A DNA stretch of 64,000 nucleotides from contig JAZDQA010000004.1 of assembly GCA_043797085.1 (NCBI GenBank), forward strand, positions 128,419-192,418, in the 5' to 3' direction. Shown one piece after another: positions 40,157-50,438 of this stretch. Within the stretch, counting starts at the first letter, position 1, and every line of letters begins with the position of its first letter. The translations under genes were made by a program, and so were the position numbers. The notes under the pieces are model-generated. The model worked only from the letters and a program-made list of their open reading frames with translations. It had not been told where the DNA came from and searched no databases. This stretch comes from Pseudomonadota bacterium. Its GTDB lineage: Bacteria; Campylobacterota; Campylobacteria; Campylobacterales; Sulfurimonadaceae.

Positions 40157-40218
40157 AAGATCTTCGATTTAAATTCATTTTAAAGTATTAACACTTTTTC
40201 CCCTTAAATATATACTGT

Positions 40219-40527
40219 TTAAGGTGTGTCATACCTCAAACCCATATTACTGCATCCGAGCATTTCTTTAGCACGACATGCCTGTGCATAAAAAGTTGAC
40301 GCTTTATATTTGTTTTGAGCTACGCCCTCTCCGTTTTCGTACATAGCACCAAGATTAAAACACCCCTTACCATTTCCATTATCACACGCTTTCGTAAACG
40401 ATGTAATGGCATCAGAGTAGTTTTTCTGCTCTAAAGCTTTTTTTCCCTCACTCAATGCATCTGCATAACATGTTGTCGTAATTCCTGCTATCATCAATAA
40501 TGATGCTAAACTCAGTATCTTTTTCAT
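40219..40527 (-). CDS. Secreted Sel1-repeat protein (Hcp-like)
   Basis: Signal peptide; KACD.G...GC.NLG.MY..GEGV.QN. Confidence 0.85.
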   Translation of the reverse strand: MKKILSLASLLMIAGITTTCYADALSEGKKALEQKNYSDAITSFTKACDNGNGKGCFNLGAMYENGEGVAQNKYKASTFYAQACRAKEMLGCSNMGLRYDTP

Positions 40528-40583
40528 AGTATAGTTTCCTTTTTTATAGTGTGTCGTGAAAATTTGAAATGACCTTTTACGGA

Positions 40584-41486
40584 TTACATTTTAAGGGCAC
40601 TCCTTGGGATGGATTTAGTCGGGATAATACTCACAGAACAAGTCATACCGGCAGAAAGAATTAAACCAGCCGGAATCTCGTCAATATGAATACGAACCGG
40701 AATTCGTTGTGCCAATCTGACCCATGTAAATATAGGATTTACATTCGCTAAAAGCCTTCCATCCGTCACATTATCACGATCGCTGATACCTCTTGCGATA
40801 CTTTCTACATGACCTTTTACCGTATATTTCGTTCCTAACATTTTCATTTCGGATGAATCTCCTATATGAATCAATGAAAGTTTATGTTCTTCAAAATAAC
40901 CATAAATCCAAAAGGAACCGCTGGTAATGAGTGCCATATGCTTTTCCCCTCTATCTACGTAATCACCTTTACGAAGCAGAAGGTTTGAAACCCAACCATC
41001 GCATGGAGCACGTACACTGGAGCGATCTAAGTTGAGCTTTTGTGTTTCTACTTGAGTCAATGCCTCTTCATATCTGGCATGTGCGATTTGGGCATCATAA
41101 AGAGCATCATCTCGGCTTTCTGCAGATACAATCTCATCATCTGCGGCTAGACGTCGTACTGATTGATGTTGTTTCATCTCATATTCTGATTTTCGTGTCT
41201 GTGCAATTGCCTGTGCTTCGTGCAAAGCATGATGAAAGCGTTCTTCATCAATTTGATAAAGCAGCTCTCCTTTTTTAACAAACTGATTGTCAACAACAGC
41301 AACACGACTGACCAATCCGCCAACATCCGGAGCGACCATGACAACGTCAGCACGAACACGCCCATCTCTTGTCCAAGCGCTATTCATATAATTATCCCAT
41401 AACATCAGACCTAAAAAAATGGCGAGTGAAAGCACCAAAAAAGTAATGGAAAAGCGTAAAAGCTTTGCTCGTTTGCTATTATTCAT
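40584..41486 (-). CDS. Efflux membrane fusion protein (AaeA/HlyD)
   Basis: WTRDGRVRAD, APDVGG, FTWVRLAQRIPVRI. Confidence 0.9.
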   Translation of the reverse strand: MNNSKRAKLLRFSITFLVLSLAIFLGLMLWDNYMNSAWTRDGRVRADVVMVAPDVGGLVSRVAVVDNQFVKKGELLYQIDEERFHHALHEAQAIAQTRKSEYEMKQHQSVRRLAADDEIVSAESRDDALYDAQIAHARYEEALTQVETQKLNLDRSSVRAPCDGWVSNLLLRKGDYVDRGEKHMALITSGSFWIYGYFEEHKLSLIHIGDSSEMKMLGTKYTVKGHVESIARGISDRDNVTDGRLLANVNPIFTWVRLAQRIPVRIHIDEIPAGLILSAGMTCSVSIIPTKSIPRSALKM

Positions 41487-41496
41487 TTGTAATTCC

Positions 41497-41697
41497 TTAT
41501 CGATAAATTAGTAAACACGGAATCGTAAACAAACAGACGAATACCGCTGTTCGAAACAACCCAGGATGCCAAACATGGTTATAAATACCGGCATCCGACA
41601 TCATACGATCCAGTAAAATCTGCACTACGGCACTCATGACAAAGATAAGGAGCAGTGTTGGCATCTGAATGCCGAATAAAGTTATGTCTAATTGCAT
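41497..41697 (-). CDS. DUF1656 (AaeX-like) small membrane protein
   Basis: VWHPGLF motif; lies between the FUSC and MFP genes. Confidence 0.85.
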   Translation of the reverse strand: MQLDITLFGIQMPTLLLIFVMSAVVQILLDRMMSDAGIYNHVWHPGLFRTAVFVCLFTIPCLLIYR

Positions 41698-43850
41698 GAA
41701 TCCTCCGATAGAAGGGGAAATGTTTCTGAATTGATCAGAACAGTCCGTATAAGTGTCAATTCGACGATCAGTATTTCTACACGCTTACGCTGCCCTATCT
41801 CTGTTGGCATAGGAGATGAATGAAGTTCTTGCAGGCTCTTTTGTAATGTACTTAACAGCTGATCCCGTCCCGATACACTCGGAGTTTCAAAGTAGCTTTT
41901 TATCAGCTCCATAGCATTGTCAACACTGGGATGCAAATAATGAGAATAGAGCCTCTGAATACTGCGTCTAATTGTCAAAATTGCCCGCCCTATTTCAAGA
42001 GTAGAGAGAAGCCATTCATATACCAGACGGCTGGAACGCATATTTAGCCGTCCCTGTGTTGAAAACTGCTGAATAAGATCGCGCCCAGTGCTCTCAAGCG
42101 CACTGCGTTCAACATTCAATGCACCATCGCATAACCTCACGATTTGAGTACGCAATATCTTCGCAACTCGTTTTTGCGTCAGTGAACACGACCAAAAATT
42201 TACCAGTATATAGGCTAGACCGCCAAAGAGTATTCCAATCAGTGCTGCCAATGAACTCTCCATAAATTTAGTCGGTTCGATTTTATAATAAGGGTCAAGG
42301 GCCAATTGATTCATAAACATGAAAACAAAACCAAAGGTGAAAATAGCCAATTTTGGTCGAGTTGTCATCCATCCGATAAAGGCTAAAACGGGAGTGATAA
42401 GCAAACTAAGCGTCAAAAGATCCGATGTATATTCGGGTATGATATAAAAATCATATACAGCCGCTACAATGAGGGCGATCACAGCTCCTTTAAAAAAATC
42501 TTTTACTCCATCGAGGGGACTTGGCATGGTTCCAAGCAGCAATCCGATGACAACGGCAAGTGTTATTGTAAGAGTTGCATACGGCCATCCGCTCCAGAGC
42601 CAAAATACCATGGTAAGCAATAAGACTCCACTTCCTCGCAATGCCGCAAGAGCTACAAGTAGATTATCCGTATGGGTCGAAAATTGGATTACTCGGCTGA
42701 TTTCTCGAGAAGCATTACCCGATAATCTGTGTTTGAGTAAAGAGAGGTACGTCGTGCAATGGTTATGTAACTCATTTACTAGGCGAATGATCAGATACGC
42801 TGCCGATATAAATTCATCTTCTCCCGCAGAGTGCGTCGATTCATAAAGACGTTTATGATCTAATTCTAACTGCACTTGAATCGTATTTTTTACCGTTAAA
42901 AGTTCTCGAATAATGCGATTTAAATCTTCTGGTGCCAACAGTGTGTCCGGAAGTGTTTTTAATACCGATACTACAGGTGAATAAAGAGATTCTAACGCAT
43001 TTAAAACTTCTTTTCTTTCCTGCTCTTTGATTGCATGTACGATACTTTTAAGTGAATAAAACGTTGTAGATAAATTCATATATTCCTGATTAAGATGCGC
43101 ATAGTGCTGTCTCTCTTTTTGGCCGGCTCCACTCTCAAAACTGCTATTAACTCGGGTGGCATTCAGTCCGACAACTCCGCTTGAAAATCGGCTGACAGCA
43201 GGATTGGCTTCATCGAATGCGGCGAAAATAGAATCTGGATCAGACAAAGTAGAAAGAACGTTATGAAAGCGCTCCTGCTCACTTGTAATCAATGAGTCCA
43301 AAAGACGACGAGGGAAAATCACATCGCTGACCACTGTCGCACACATGATTCCAATGATAACTTCAGAAAAACGTGAAACGGCTATGTCAAAAACTTGAAG
43401 TGGCGTCTCAATGACAGGAAGAGCGACAATGCATAACGTGTACCCTGCTAAAACAAATCCATAAAATTGAAAATTTCGATATTTCAGTCCCATTGCCGTA
43501 GTAAAACCGATCCAAAGGGCAAAAAAACCAATGAACCAAATGGGGTCCTGTGCAAACATCCCCATAATGAGCAATGACATTCCAACTCCTGCTATTGTCC
43601 CTAAAACACGATAATAACTTTTAGAAAACACCAACCCGCTTTGGGGTTGCATCACAATAAATACGGTAAAAATAGCGGTTCTTGGATCAGGCATATTCAA
43701 GGTCATTGCAATCCACAAAGCTAATAGCGCAGCTATCGTTGATTTAGCCATATAGATAAGAACAGGAGCATCAACAGAAAGCCATTCCTGTAGCGTTCGT
43801 TGCCACGGAAAGATTTTGAAAGAGACTATGCGTCTATTATTGGCGTTCAT
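41688..43850 (-). CDS. FUSC family transporter (AaeB-like)
   Basis: TVFIVMQPQSG...KS.YR..GT, LAGYT, R.SEV.IGI; start at ATG 43850 with SD GAGG. Confidence 0.9.
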   Translation of the reverse strand: MNANNRRIVSFKIFPWQRTLQEWLSVDAPVLIYMAKSTIAALLALWIAMTLNMPDPRTAIFTVFIVMQPQSGLVFSKSYYRVLGTIAGVGMSLLIMGMFAQDPIWFIGFFALWIGFTTAMGLKYRNFQFYGFVLAGYTLCIVALPVIETPLQVFDIAVSRFSEVIIGIMCATVVSDVIFPRRLLDSLITSEQERFHNVLSTLSDPDSIFAAFDEANPAVSRFSSGVVGLNATRVNSSFESGAGQKERQHYAHLNQEYMNLSTTFYSLKSIVHAIKEQERKEVLNALESLYSPVVSVLKTLPDTLLAPEDLNRIIRELLTVKNTIQVQLELDHKRLYESTHSAGEDEFISAAYLIIRLVNELHNHCTTYLSLLKHRLSGNASREISRVIQFSTHTDNLLVALAALRGSGVLLLTMVFWLWSGWPYATLTITLAVVIGLLLGTMPSPLDGVKDFFKGAVIALIVAAVYDFYIIPEYTSDLLTLSLLITPVLAFIGWMTTRPKLAIFTFGFVFMFMNQLALDPYYKIEPTKFMESSLAALIGILFGGLAYILVNFWSCSLTQKRVAKILRTQIVRLCDGALNVERSALESTGRDLIQQFSTQGRLNMRSSRLVYEWLLSTLEIGRAILTIRRSIQRLYSHYLHPSVDNAMELIKSYFETPSVSGRDQLLSTLQKSLQELHSSPMPTEIGQRKRVEILIVELTLIRTVLINSETFPLLSEDSCN

Positions 43851-45273
43851 TAGTTTCCTCGTTATCGGTATATCCGCCACCTAACGCTTTAATCAGATCA
43901 ATTTGTATGAGTGATTTTGTTTCATTCAGAGAAAGTGTTTCAATTTCACTTTCCAATAAGTTCTTTCTTGCGGTGAGATACGGTAGTTTGTTACTCAGAC
44001 CGAGTAAAAGTCTTTTACGAGTAATGAGCTCATTGCTTTTTTTTGCATTTATATCATCTTCATGGAAGAGTCGTTGCGACTCTATTAGTTTCAACTCTTT
44101 GAGTAATACTACGACCTCATTCGCAGCTTTAATAACAACCCTATTGTACTCATAGACCGAACTGTTGTAATCACTGACACTGTTTTGTAAATTAGCCTTT
44201 CTCTCCCCCCAGTCCAACAGTGGAAGCGATAGTGCGATTCCTGCTGATGGAGTATAGGAAGAGTGATCGATAAGTTTTGTCCAGCTAAACGAGGTAAAAC
44301 CGATAAGTCCAGAGAGACTGATATTGGGATAAAATTGAGCTTTTGTTTCTTCAATAGTATTGCTTTTACTTAAAGCTGTGTATTTTGCAATAGCAACGTC
44401 AGCACGATGTGCAACTAGATTAAGCATAATCTCTTTTGGCAAAGGAACATTGAATGCATCATCAATATGTGGTGCTTTCATCGTAGCCGCATAAGAAGGG
44501 AGAAAGCCTCCCAAAACACAAATACTCTCTTTTTTTCCTTCAATCACACGTTTTAGTTGCGTAAGTTGCTGCGTAACATGAGAAAGGGAACTCTTTTTAT
44601 CATTAATAGCCATGCCATCGATTAATCCTAATCGCTGCTGCTTTTCAACAATATGAAGCTCTTCAGTAGCCATTTTTTCTAAAACGCTTAACGCTACAAG
44701 CTTTTGCTCATCAAAATTCCAAGAAAGATATGTTTCACAAATGGCACTGCTTAATGCTATTTGTGATGCTTCTATGGTTGCTTTTTGAGATAAAGCACTG
44801 TTTTTAGCCGCCAAAATTCGTGATTCACGTGCATTCCAAAAATCAAAATCGTAATCTAGCATCAATGATGGCTGATACTGTGTATACGTCCCTCCTCCTA
44901 ATGGTGGAGGAAAAATATGATTTTCACTGAAACGTTGCCGAACTACACTGGCATTAGTAGAGATGTGTGGCAGATTACGAGATTGAACGGATTCAATAAT
45001 AGTATTTGCTTGGGCATATCGAGCTTCTATACTTTTAAGTGAGGGGGAATTTGTGAGCGCTTCGGAAATAATCCTATTAAGCTGCAAATCGCCGTATCCT
45101 TTCCACCAGTCGCTCACAAGCTGTGTTTCATTATCATTATTTACGTCGATGCTTTTTTCTACATCACTATTTACCACTTTTTTTGAAATTACAGCAGCTT
45201 TATCAATTTTAGGAATGCAGCCTGTTAGCAATAACAAGGATAAAAAAACGATTAAAAGCGTTTTAGTATTCAT
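43837..45273 (-). CDS. Outer-membrane efflux lipoprotein (NodT/TolC family)
   Basis: Lipobox LTGC, DWW..Y.D.QL, R.DV, FYPNISL, KALGGG. Confidence 0.92.
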   Translation of the reverse strand: MNTKTLLIVFLSLLLLTGCIPKIDKAAVISKKVVNSDVEKSIDVNNDNETQLVSDWWKGYGDLQLNRIISEALTNSPSLKSIEARYAQANTIIESVQSRNLPHISTNASVVRQRFSENHIFPPPLGGGTYTQYQPSLMLDYDFDFWNARESRILAAKNSALSQKATIEASQIALSSAICETYLSWNFDEQKLVALSVLEKMATEELHIVEKQQRLGLIDGMAINDKKSSLSHVTQQLTQLKRVIEGKKESICVLGGFLPSYAATMKAPHIDDAFNVPLPKEIMLNLVAHRADVAIAKYTALSKSNTIEETKAQFYPNISLSGLIGFTSFSWTKLIDHSSYTPSAGIALSLPLLDWGERKANLQNSVSDYNSSVYEYNRVVIKAANEVVVLLKELKLIESQRLFHEDDINAKKSNELITRKRLLLGLSNKLPYLTARKNLLESEIETLSLNETKSLIQIDLIKALGGGYTDNEETNERQ

Positions 45274-45707
45274 TATAAACCGTTTTTTAGATTTTCATAA
45301 ATGGTTTGAAGAAGATGTGACATTTCCTCTTTTTGTTCAGAACTAACTCCTTTAAAAGCCCTTTCAATGACTTTCTCTCCCAATGTAATGAGCTCATCTT
45401 GGAGGTCCCTCCCTTTCGTAGTAATCGTTACGAGATAAGCTCTTCGATCATTTTCTTTGGGCTCACGCTTTACCAGTCCTTTTAATTCCAATTTATCCAG
45501 CATAAGAGTTAGATTAGATTGCTCAAAATAGGTATCTTGTGCCAACTCTTTTTGAGTCAATCGGTCTTTTTCACACAAACGAATGAGTATTACACGTTGT
45601 GCATACGATATAGAATAAGGCTTGAGTTCTTTTTCCAACTCATTTTTAAGAATATTTCGTGTTTTAGCGATCATAAAAGCAATCGACTTATCGGATTCAA
45701 AACTCAT
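45273..45707 (-). CDS. MarR family regulator
   Basis: TQKELA, LE.KGLV.R...NDRR...V..T.KG. Confidence 0.92.
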   Translation of the reverse strand: MSFESDKSIAFMIAKTRNILKNELEKELKPYSISYAQRVILIRLCEKDRLTQKELAQDTYFEQSNLTLMLDKLELKGLVKREPKENDRRAYLVTITTKGRDLQDELITLGEKVIERAFKGVSSEQKEEMSHLLQTIYENLKNGL

Positions 45708-45753
45708 GCATTTCCTTTGTAGTAATTATGCAATTCTAAAACGATACCGCTTA

Positions 45754-45775
45754 AATAGTTATTATAATAACTATT
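45754..45775. promoter_or_regulatory. Putative MarR operator
   Basis: Perfect 22-bp palindrome AATAGTTATTATAATAACTATT, 47 bp upstream of marR, overlapping TATAAT. Confidence 0.65.
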
Positions 45776-45935
45776 ATGTGTATAATGTTATTCTAAAGTC
45801 CTAGAAAACAATTAAACTTCGCTTTTATTTAATCCAGCAGTGATAGATTGAATAAAAATTAGTTAGAACATGCTTCTATTTTTTTTATGGACTTAGTTTA
45901 TAATGATTATAATTTAGAGATGAAAAAGGAAATTT

Positions 45936-47081
45936 ATGAATACATTTACTTATTACAATCCGACACGTATTGAATTTGGTCAAGAGAAAGAAAACACGAT
46001 AGGATCTATGATCGCTGAACAAGGAATCAAACGGCTGCTTCTCGTTTATGGTACCGGTTCGATCAAGAAAAAAGGGTTATATGACCGTGTTATCGCCAGT
46101 TTGATTTCCGCAGGAATTGAGTACGAAGAGCTAGACGGTATTGTCAGTAATCCCTTGCTTTCCCGTGTGCAAGATGGAATAGCTCTTATTAAATCCAAAA
46201 ATCTTCAAGCAGTTTTAGGTGTGGGCGGAGGTTCTGTTGTCGATTCTGCCAAAGCAATTGCTGTAGGCGCTTTGTACGAGGGAGACGTGTGGGACTTCTT
46301 TATTCAAAAAGCAGCCATCACCCAGGCACTTCCCGTTTATGCCGTAATGACATTGGCAGCAACGGCAAGTGAGATGAACGGTAACTCCGTGGTTATGAAT
46401 GAAACAACAAAACAAAAATATTCTATCGCATCTGTTTTACTTAATCCGAAAATATCTGTTATCAATCCCGCACTTATGGCAAGTGTAACGAGCGATTATT
46501 TGGCCTATTCAGCTGTTGACATCATCGCACATACTATTGAAGTCTATTTTACAGCCACCGATCACCCCCACCTACAATCCAGATTTGTCGAATCCATAAT
46601 TAAAACAGTTATTGAAACAACCGAAATTCTCCTTCACGACCCTGAAAACTACAATGCAAGAGCAGAATTCGCATGGGCATCAACACAAGCTCTCAATGGG
46701 CTTACCTCTTCCGGTACTGCAGGAGGTAATTTTCCAAACCATATGATCGAACATGCACTATCGGCTCTTTTTAATATTGCTCATGGGGCAGGACTTTCTA
46801 TCGTTATCCCAGCTTGGATGAAATGGTACAAAGGAAATAATCTCCCTCAATTTGAACGATTAGCAAAAGAAGTTTTTGGATTGCAGACGGCAGATCAAGG
46901 AATAGCCGCACTTGAACGCTGGTTTAGATCCATTGGTGCTCCGATTCGTCTTTCTGACGTAAATATTCCAAGTCAGAGCATCGATGAATTAGCCCAAAAT
47001 GCACATGAGTTAGCAGTACTTTGGGGAATGGGTGATGAATACAGCAAAGAGACAATTGTCGAAATATTACAAAACGCCTAA
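45936..47081 (+). CDS. Iron-containing alcohol dehydrogenase (YqhD/BdhA-like)
   Basis: NPTRIEFG, GGGSVVD.AK, TLAATASE, HMIEH, HGAGL. Confidence 0.92.
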   Translation: MNTFTYYNPTRIEFGQEKENTIGSMIAEQGIKRLLLVYGTGSIKKKGLYDRVIASLISAGIEYEELDGIVSNPLLSRVQDGIALIKSKNLQAVLGVGGGSVVDSAKAIAVGALYEGDVWDFFIQKAAITQALPVYAVMTLAATASEMNGNSVVMNETTKQKYSIASVLLNPKISVINPALMASVTSDYLAYSAVDIIAHTIEVYFTATDHPHLQSRFVESIIKTVIETTEILLHDPENYNARAEFAWASTQALNGLTSSGTAGGNFPNHMIEHALSALFNIAHGAGLSIVIPAWMKWYKGNNLPQFERLAKEVFGLQTADQGIAALERWFRSIGAPIRLSDVNIPSQSIDELAQNAHELAVLWGMGDEYSKETIVEILQNA

Positions 47082-47107
47082 ATAACTCTAGGGCGTAGAG
47101 TTATTTA
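47079..47107. terminator. Bidirectional terminator between convergent genes
   Basis: TAAATAACTCTA-GGGCG-TAGAGTTATTTA, a 12-bp stem. Confidence 0.6.
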
Positions 47108-47710
47108 CTTATTTTTAATAGCGGTAACAACAAAAATAGGATAATTTTGCGTCTCTTTTTCAACCGTATAAGCATGATGAAATCGAACATTCACAAAACC
47201 TGCTTGCTCCATGATGTCACGTAATCCATCACGTTCAAATCCAAAATGATATACACCATCATTTCCATGAGCATGAAAACTTCCATCTTCAGCTTCCAAG
47301 TCAGCAAGTGCAACAAATCCATCTCGTTTAAGATGAGAGTAAAATGTCTTGAACAGTGAAGCAGTATCCTCAACGTGATGCATTGCCATTGCGCTTACAA
47401 TCCCATGAAACTGTTCATCCAAAGGCTCACTGATGATATCTCGGCACACCACTTTCACCTGAATCGTATCACTGATTTTTGCAAGTATCTGTTCAAGCAT
47501 TTTTTCGGATAAATCAACCCCAGTGACAGAATGAACCATAGGTGCGATTTTAAAACTCAGCAGTCCCGTTCCCGCACCAAAATCCATAATATTCATACTA
47601 TTGTTTAACGCAATACGACTCGTAATCGTTTGGAATACACATTGAGCAATATTTTGTCGTGTGTCTCCTTGATCCCATTGAGCCGCAGCATTATCAAAAT
47701 GTTTTGACAT
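47105..47710 (-). CDS. Class I SAM-dependent methyltransferase
   Basis: MDFGAGTG, GVDLSEKML, AMHHV. Confidence 0.9.
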   Translation of the reverse strand: MSKHFDNAAAQWDQGDTRQNIAQCVFQTITSRIALNNSMNIMDFGAGTGLLSFKIAPMVHSVTGVDLSEKMLEQILAKISDTIQVKVVCRDIISEPLDEQFHGIVSAMAMHHVEDTASLFKTFYSHLKRDGFVALADLEAEDGSFHAHGNDGVYHFGFERDGLRDIMEQAGFVNVRFHHAYTVEKETQNYPIFVVTAIKNK

Positions 47711-47726
47711 CGTTTTCCTTTTTCAA

Positions 47727-48200
47727 TTACATTGCAAATAAAAATAAATAAATACTGCAACCCATCACCGAAGTAAGGGTTAGCGCTCCAAAAATCCATT
47801 TTCCCATACGGCGATGTTTTGCCATACCCTCTTCCCCCTCTTTCGTATACGTTTGATAAGAAGTGATAATCAAATAAATCCAGCCCCCGACTGCCAGTAA
47901 TGCAATCAAAATATGCACAGCTAAAAAGAGAAGTAAAAAATCATAGGAAACAGTTGAGAGTTTAACGTATTCAACAAATCCGCCACCCAGTCGAACCCCG
48001 ATTTCAAAAATCAAAACCATGACAACCGTCAATGCCAAAATAACCATTTGTGACTTGTAATGAAGAGCAATCCTTCCAACAACTGCTTGACGTATCGAAT
48101 AAGCCAATAAAAAAGGCAAAAGTGCAAAATAAAGCGTCACAACATCCATATATAAAGCAGCACGCGTCCCTAAAAATCCAGGTTCAAAAAACATTTTCAT
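47727..48200 (-). CDS. DUF420-like membrane protein
   Basis: Four TM helices with conserved His residues (LH..SQ, VHI, KHRR.GK). Confidence 0.75.
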   Translation of the reverse strand: MKMFFEPGFLGTRAALYMDVVTLYFALLPFLLAYSIRQAVVGRIALHYKSQMVILALTVVMVLIFEIGVRLGGGFVEYVKLSTVSYDFLLLFLAVHILIALLAVGGWIYLIITSYQTYTKEGEEGMAKHRRMGKWIFGALTLTSVMGCSIYLFLFAM

Positions 48201-48330
48201 CCATTGTATTAAATTATCCGCATTATAGGTTATGAAAGTTTCATAGATATTAAAGCGGATAAAATAAAGTTGCCTTAGAGTAGCTAAAAGAAGGTTGTGC
48301 TATAATTTCAAAAAAATTAAAGGCACTATA

Positions 48331-49512
48331 ATGCTAACCGATCGCGTCAATACACTCTCCGAATCGATTACCATCGCTATTTCAACTTTGGCACAAGAGC
48401 TAAAGGCTCAAGGTAAAGACATCATCAGCTTTTCAGCGGGTGAACCTGATTTTGATACTCCTCAAGTTATCAAAGATGCCGCTATTCGTGCCATTAATGA
48501 AGGATTTACTAAATACACTGCGGTTGATGGTATCCCTGCCCTTAAATCCGCTATTGCATTAAAATTAAAACGCGATAATGGGCTTGAGTATAAAGCAGAC
48601 CAAATTATTGCCAACAATGGTGCAAAACATTCTCTTTACAATCTTTTTGCCTGTACGATTCAAGCCGGTGATGAAGTCATCATCCCTGCCCCTTACTGGG
48701 TTACCTATCCTGAATTGGTACAATATTGCGGCGGTACGGTTATTGAGATAATGACTGATGATGCCAGCGGTTTTAAAATCACACCTGAAGAACTTAAAAA
48801 TGCATTGACGCCTAAAACAAAAATGCTTATTTTAACCTCTCCTTCGAATCCTACGGGAGCCGTTTACACCCATGCTGAGCTTACTGCATTAGGTAAAGTT
48901 CTTGAAGGAACAGATGTTATCGTTGCAAGCGATGAGATGTATGAAAAACTGATCTATGACGGTGAATTTGTCTCTGCTGCTGCGGTTAGTGACGATATGT
49001 TTAAACGCACCGTTACCATCAATGGACTCAGTAAATCAGTGGCAATGACAGGATGGCGCTTTGGATACATGGCAGCGGCTAACACCGAAATCATCCAAGC
49101 GACCAAAAAACTCCAAAGCCAAAGCACATCCAATATCAATTCTATAACTCAAAAAGCAGCAATCGTAGGACTCAACGGCGATGCTGATGCAGATATTGAA
49201 ACCATGCGTCAAGCATTTATGGCTCGACGAGATGAAGCTGTTCGTCTTTTTAATGATGTTGACGGACTTTCGGTCCTTTCGCCAAATGGAGCATTTTATC
49301 TCTTTGTAAATATTAAAGAAATCAGCAATGATTCTATGACTTTTTGTAAAGAGCTCCTAGAAGAACAAGGGGTTGCGGTAGTTCCGGGTATCGGTTTTGG
49401 AAGCGAGGGCTATTTCCGATTTAGCTTTGCAACAGATATTGAGAGCATACGTGAGGGAATCAAACGTATTGCAACGTTTGTAGCGACGAAAAAGCAATTA
49501 TCTCAACTGTGA
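48331..49512 (+). CDS. aspC: Aspartate aminotransferase (class I/II PLP)
   Basis: GEPDFDTP, SPSNPTG, SDEMY, GLSKSVAMTGWRFGY. Confidence 0.9.
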   Translation: MLTDRVNTLSESITIAISTLAQELKAQGKDIISFSAGEPDFDTPQVIKDAAIRAINEGFTKYTAVDGIPALKSAIALKLKRDNGLEYKADQIIANNGAKHSLYNLFACTIQAGDEVIIPAPYWVTYPELVQYCGGTVIEIMTDDASGFKITPEELKNALTPKTKMLILTSPSNPTGAVYTHAELTALGKVLEGTDVIVASDEMYEKLIYDGEFVSAAAVSDDMFKRTVTINGLSKSVAMTGWRFGYMAAANTEIIQATKKLQSQSTSNINSITQKAAIVGLNGDADADIETMRQAFMARRDEAVRLFNDVDGLSVLSPNGAFYLFVNIKEISNDSMTFCKELLEEQGVAVVPGIGFGSEGYFRFSFATDIESIREGIKRIATFVATKKQLSQL

Positions 49513-49573
49513 TACCGTAGCTAATACGGTATTCACTCAGCTATTTTGATCCCGTGTCGCAGCACGGAATGAC
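49511..49573. repeat. Two tandem REP-like palindromes between convergent genes
   Basis: GATACCGTAGCTAATACGGTATTCAC (49511-49536) and GATCCCGTGTCGCAGCACGGAATGAC (49548-49573). Confidence 0.5.
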
Positions 49574-49577
49574 GAAC

Positions 49578-49799
49578 TTATTTTATACTTTGCAGCGCGG
49601 CAATAACTTCATCAATATTTCCCAATGGAAGATGCACTTTCCACTCCGGATTTTTTGCATCACCTGAAAGTGATATTCCGATACTCGCTACGCTGTCACT
49701 GCCTTCGCCATACGGTGCATCGATCTTACTGACCGCAATCACCCCTTTTTTAGTTCCATTTAATGGTATTTCTTTGATAATAGCTGCAGATGAACTCAT
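49578..49799 (-). CDS. Small hypothetical protein
   Basis: 73-aa ORF with SD GAGGAG. Confidence 0.75.
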   Translation of the reverse strand: MSSSAAIIKEIPLNGTKKGVIAVSKIDAPYGEGSDSVASIGISLSGDAKNPEWKVHLPLGNIDEVIAALQSIK

Positions 49800-49871
49800 A
49801 AATTCTCCTCGTAAAAGTGATATAAATAAGAGTGTAGCGGGATTTTCGCTAAAGAAAGCTTAAAAAATATG

Positions 49872-50426
49872 TTATTGATTTGAGCTTGAAGATTGTGTAG
49901 TATTACCATAAATAAATGCGTACATTTTACGATAATATCGTTCATTGCGAGTTCGATCTGTGGCACTAAAATGATGGTATCTTCCCAAAGTTTCCCACGA
50001 ATATCCAAAGCTTTTGACTAAGCTTGTAATAATACGATTGGCGTGTTCACGCTCCGTTGCATCTATGAAATATTCAGAAAGATTAGCATTTGGATGATAT
50101 TTATAATTAATTTGATAGGGTCCGAGGTCAAGATTGGTAATTCCGCCATTAATAAGCGCTTGAGCCTGTGATGAGCACTCTTCAGTCGAATTGCATCGGA
50201 TAACATGACCTTTAACCGCGAAGCCAGCCATTTGTGCCCGCACGGCATCTTCGACCACGTTAATACGAATAACATTCGGATTACATTGCCCGTCTGCTTC
50301 TTTTAAACATTCACAATGCTTAATGGCATCCAAGACAATATCGGGCATACGTACGCCTGAAGTATCCATACCTTCACCCATTAGGTGTGCAGTAAGAATA
50401 AATAGCGTACTTAATTTTTTCATCAT
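49872..50426 (-). CDS. Secreted SLT-domain protein (VirB1/IagB-like)
   Basis: Signal peptide; AIKHCE, NLDLGPYQIN, W..LGRYH, YY.K. Confidence 0.65.
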   Translation of the reverse strand: MMKKLSTLFILTAHLMGEGMDTSGVRMPDIVLDAIKHCECLKEADGQCNPNVIRINVVEDAVRAQMAGFAVKGHVIRCNSTEECSSQAQALINGGITNLDLGPYQINYKYHPNANLSEYFIDATEREHANRIITSLVKSFGYSWETLGRYHHFSATDRTRNERYYRKMYAFIYGNTTQSSSSNQ

Positions 50427-50438
50427 GACTATCCTGTC

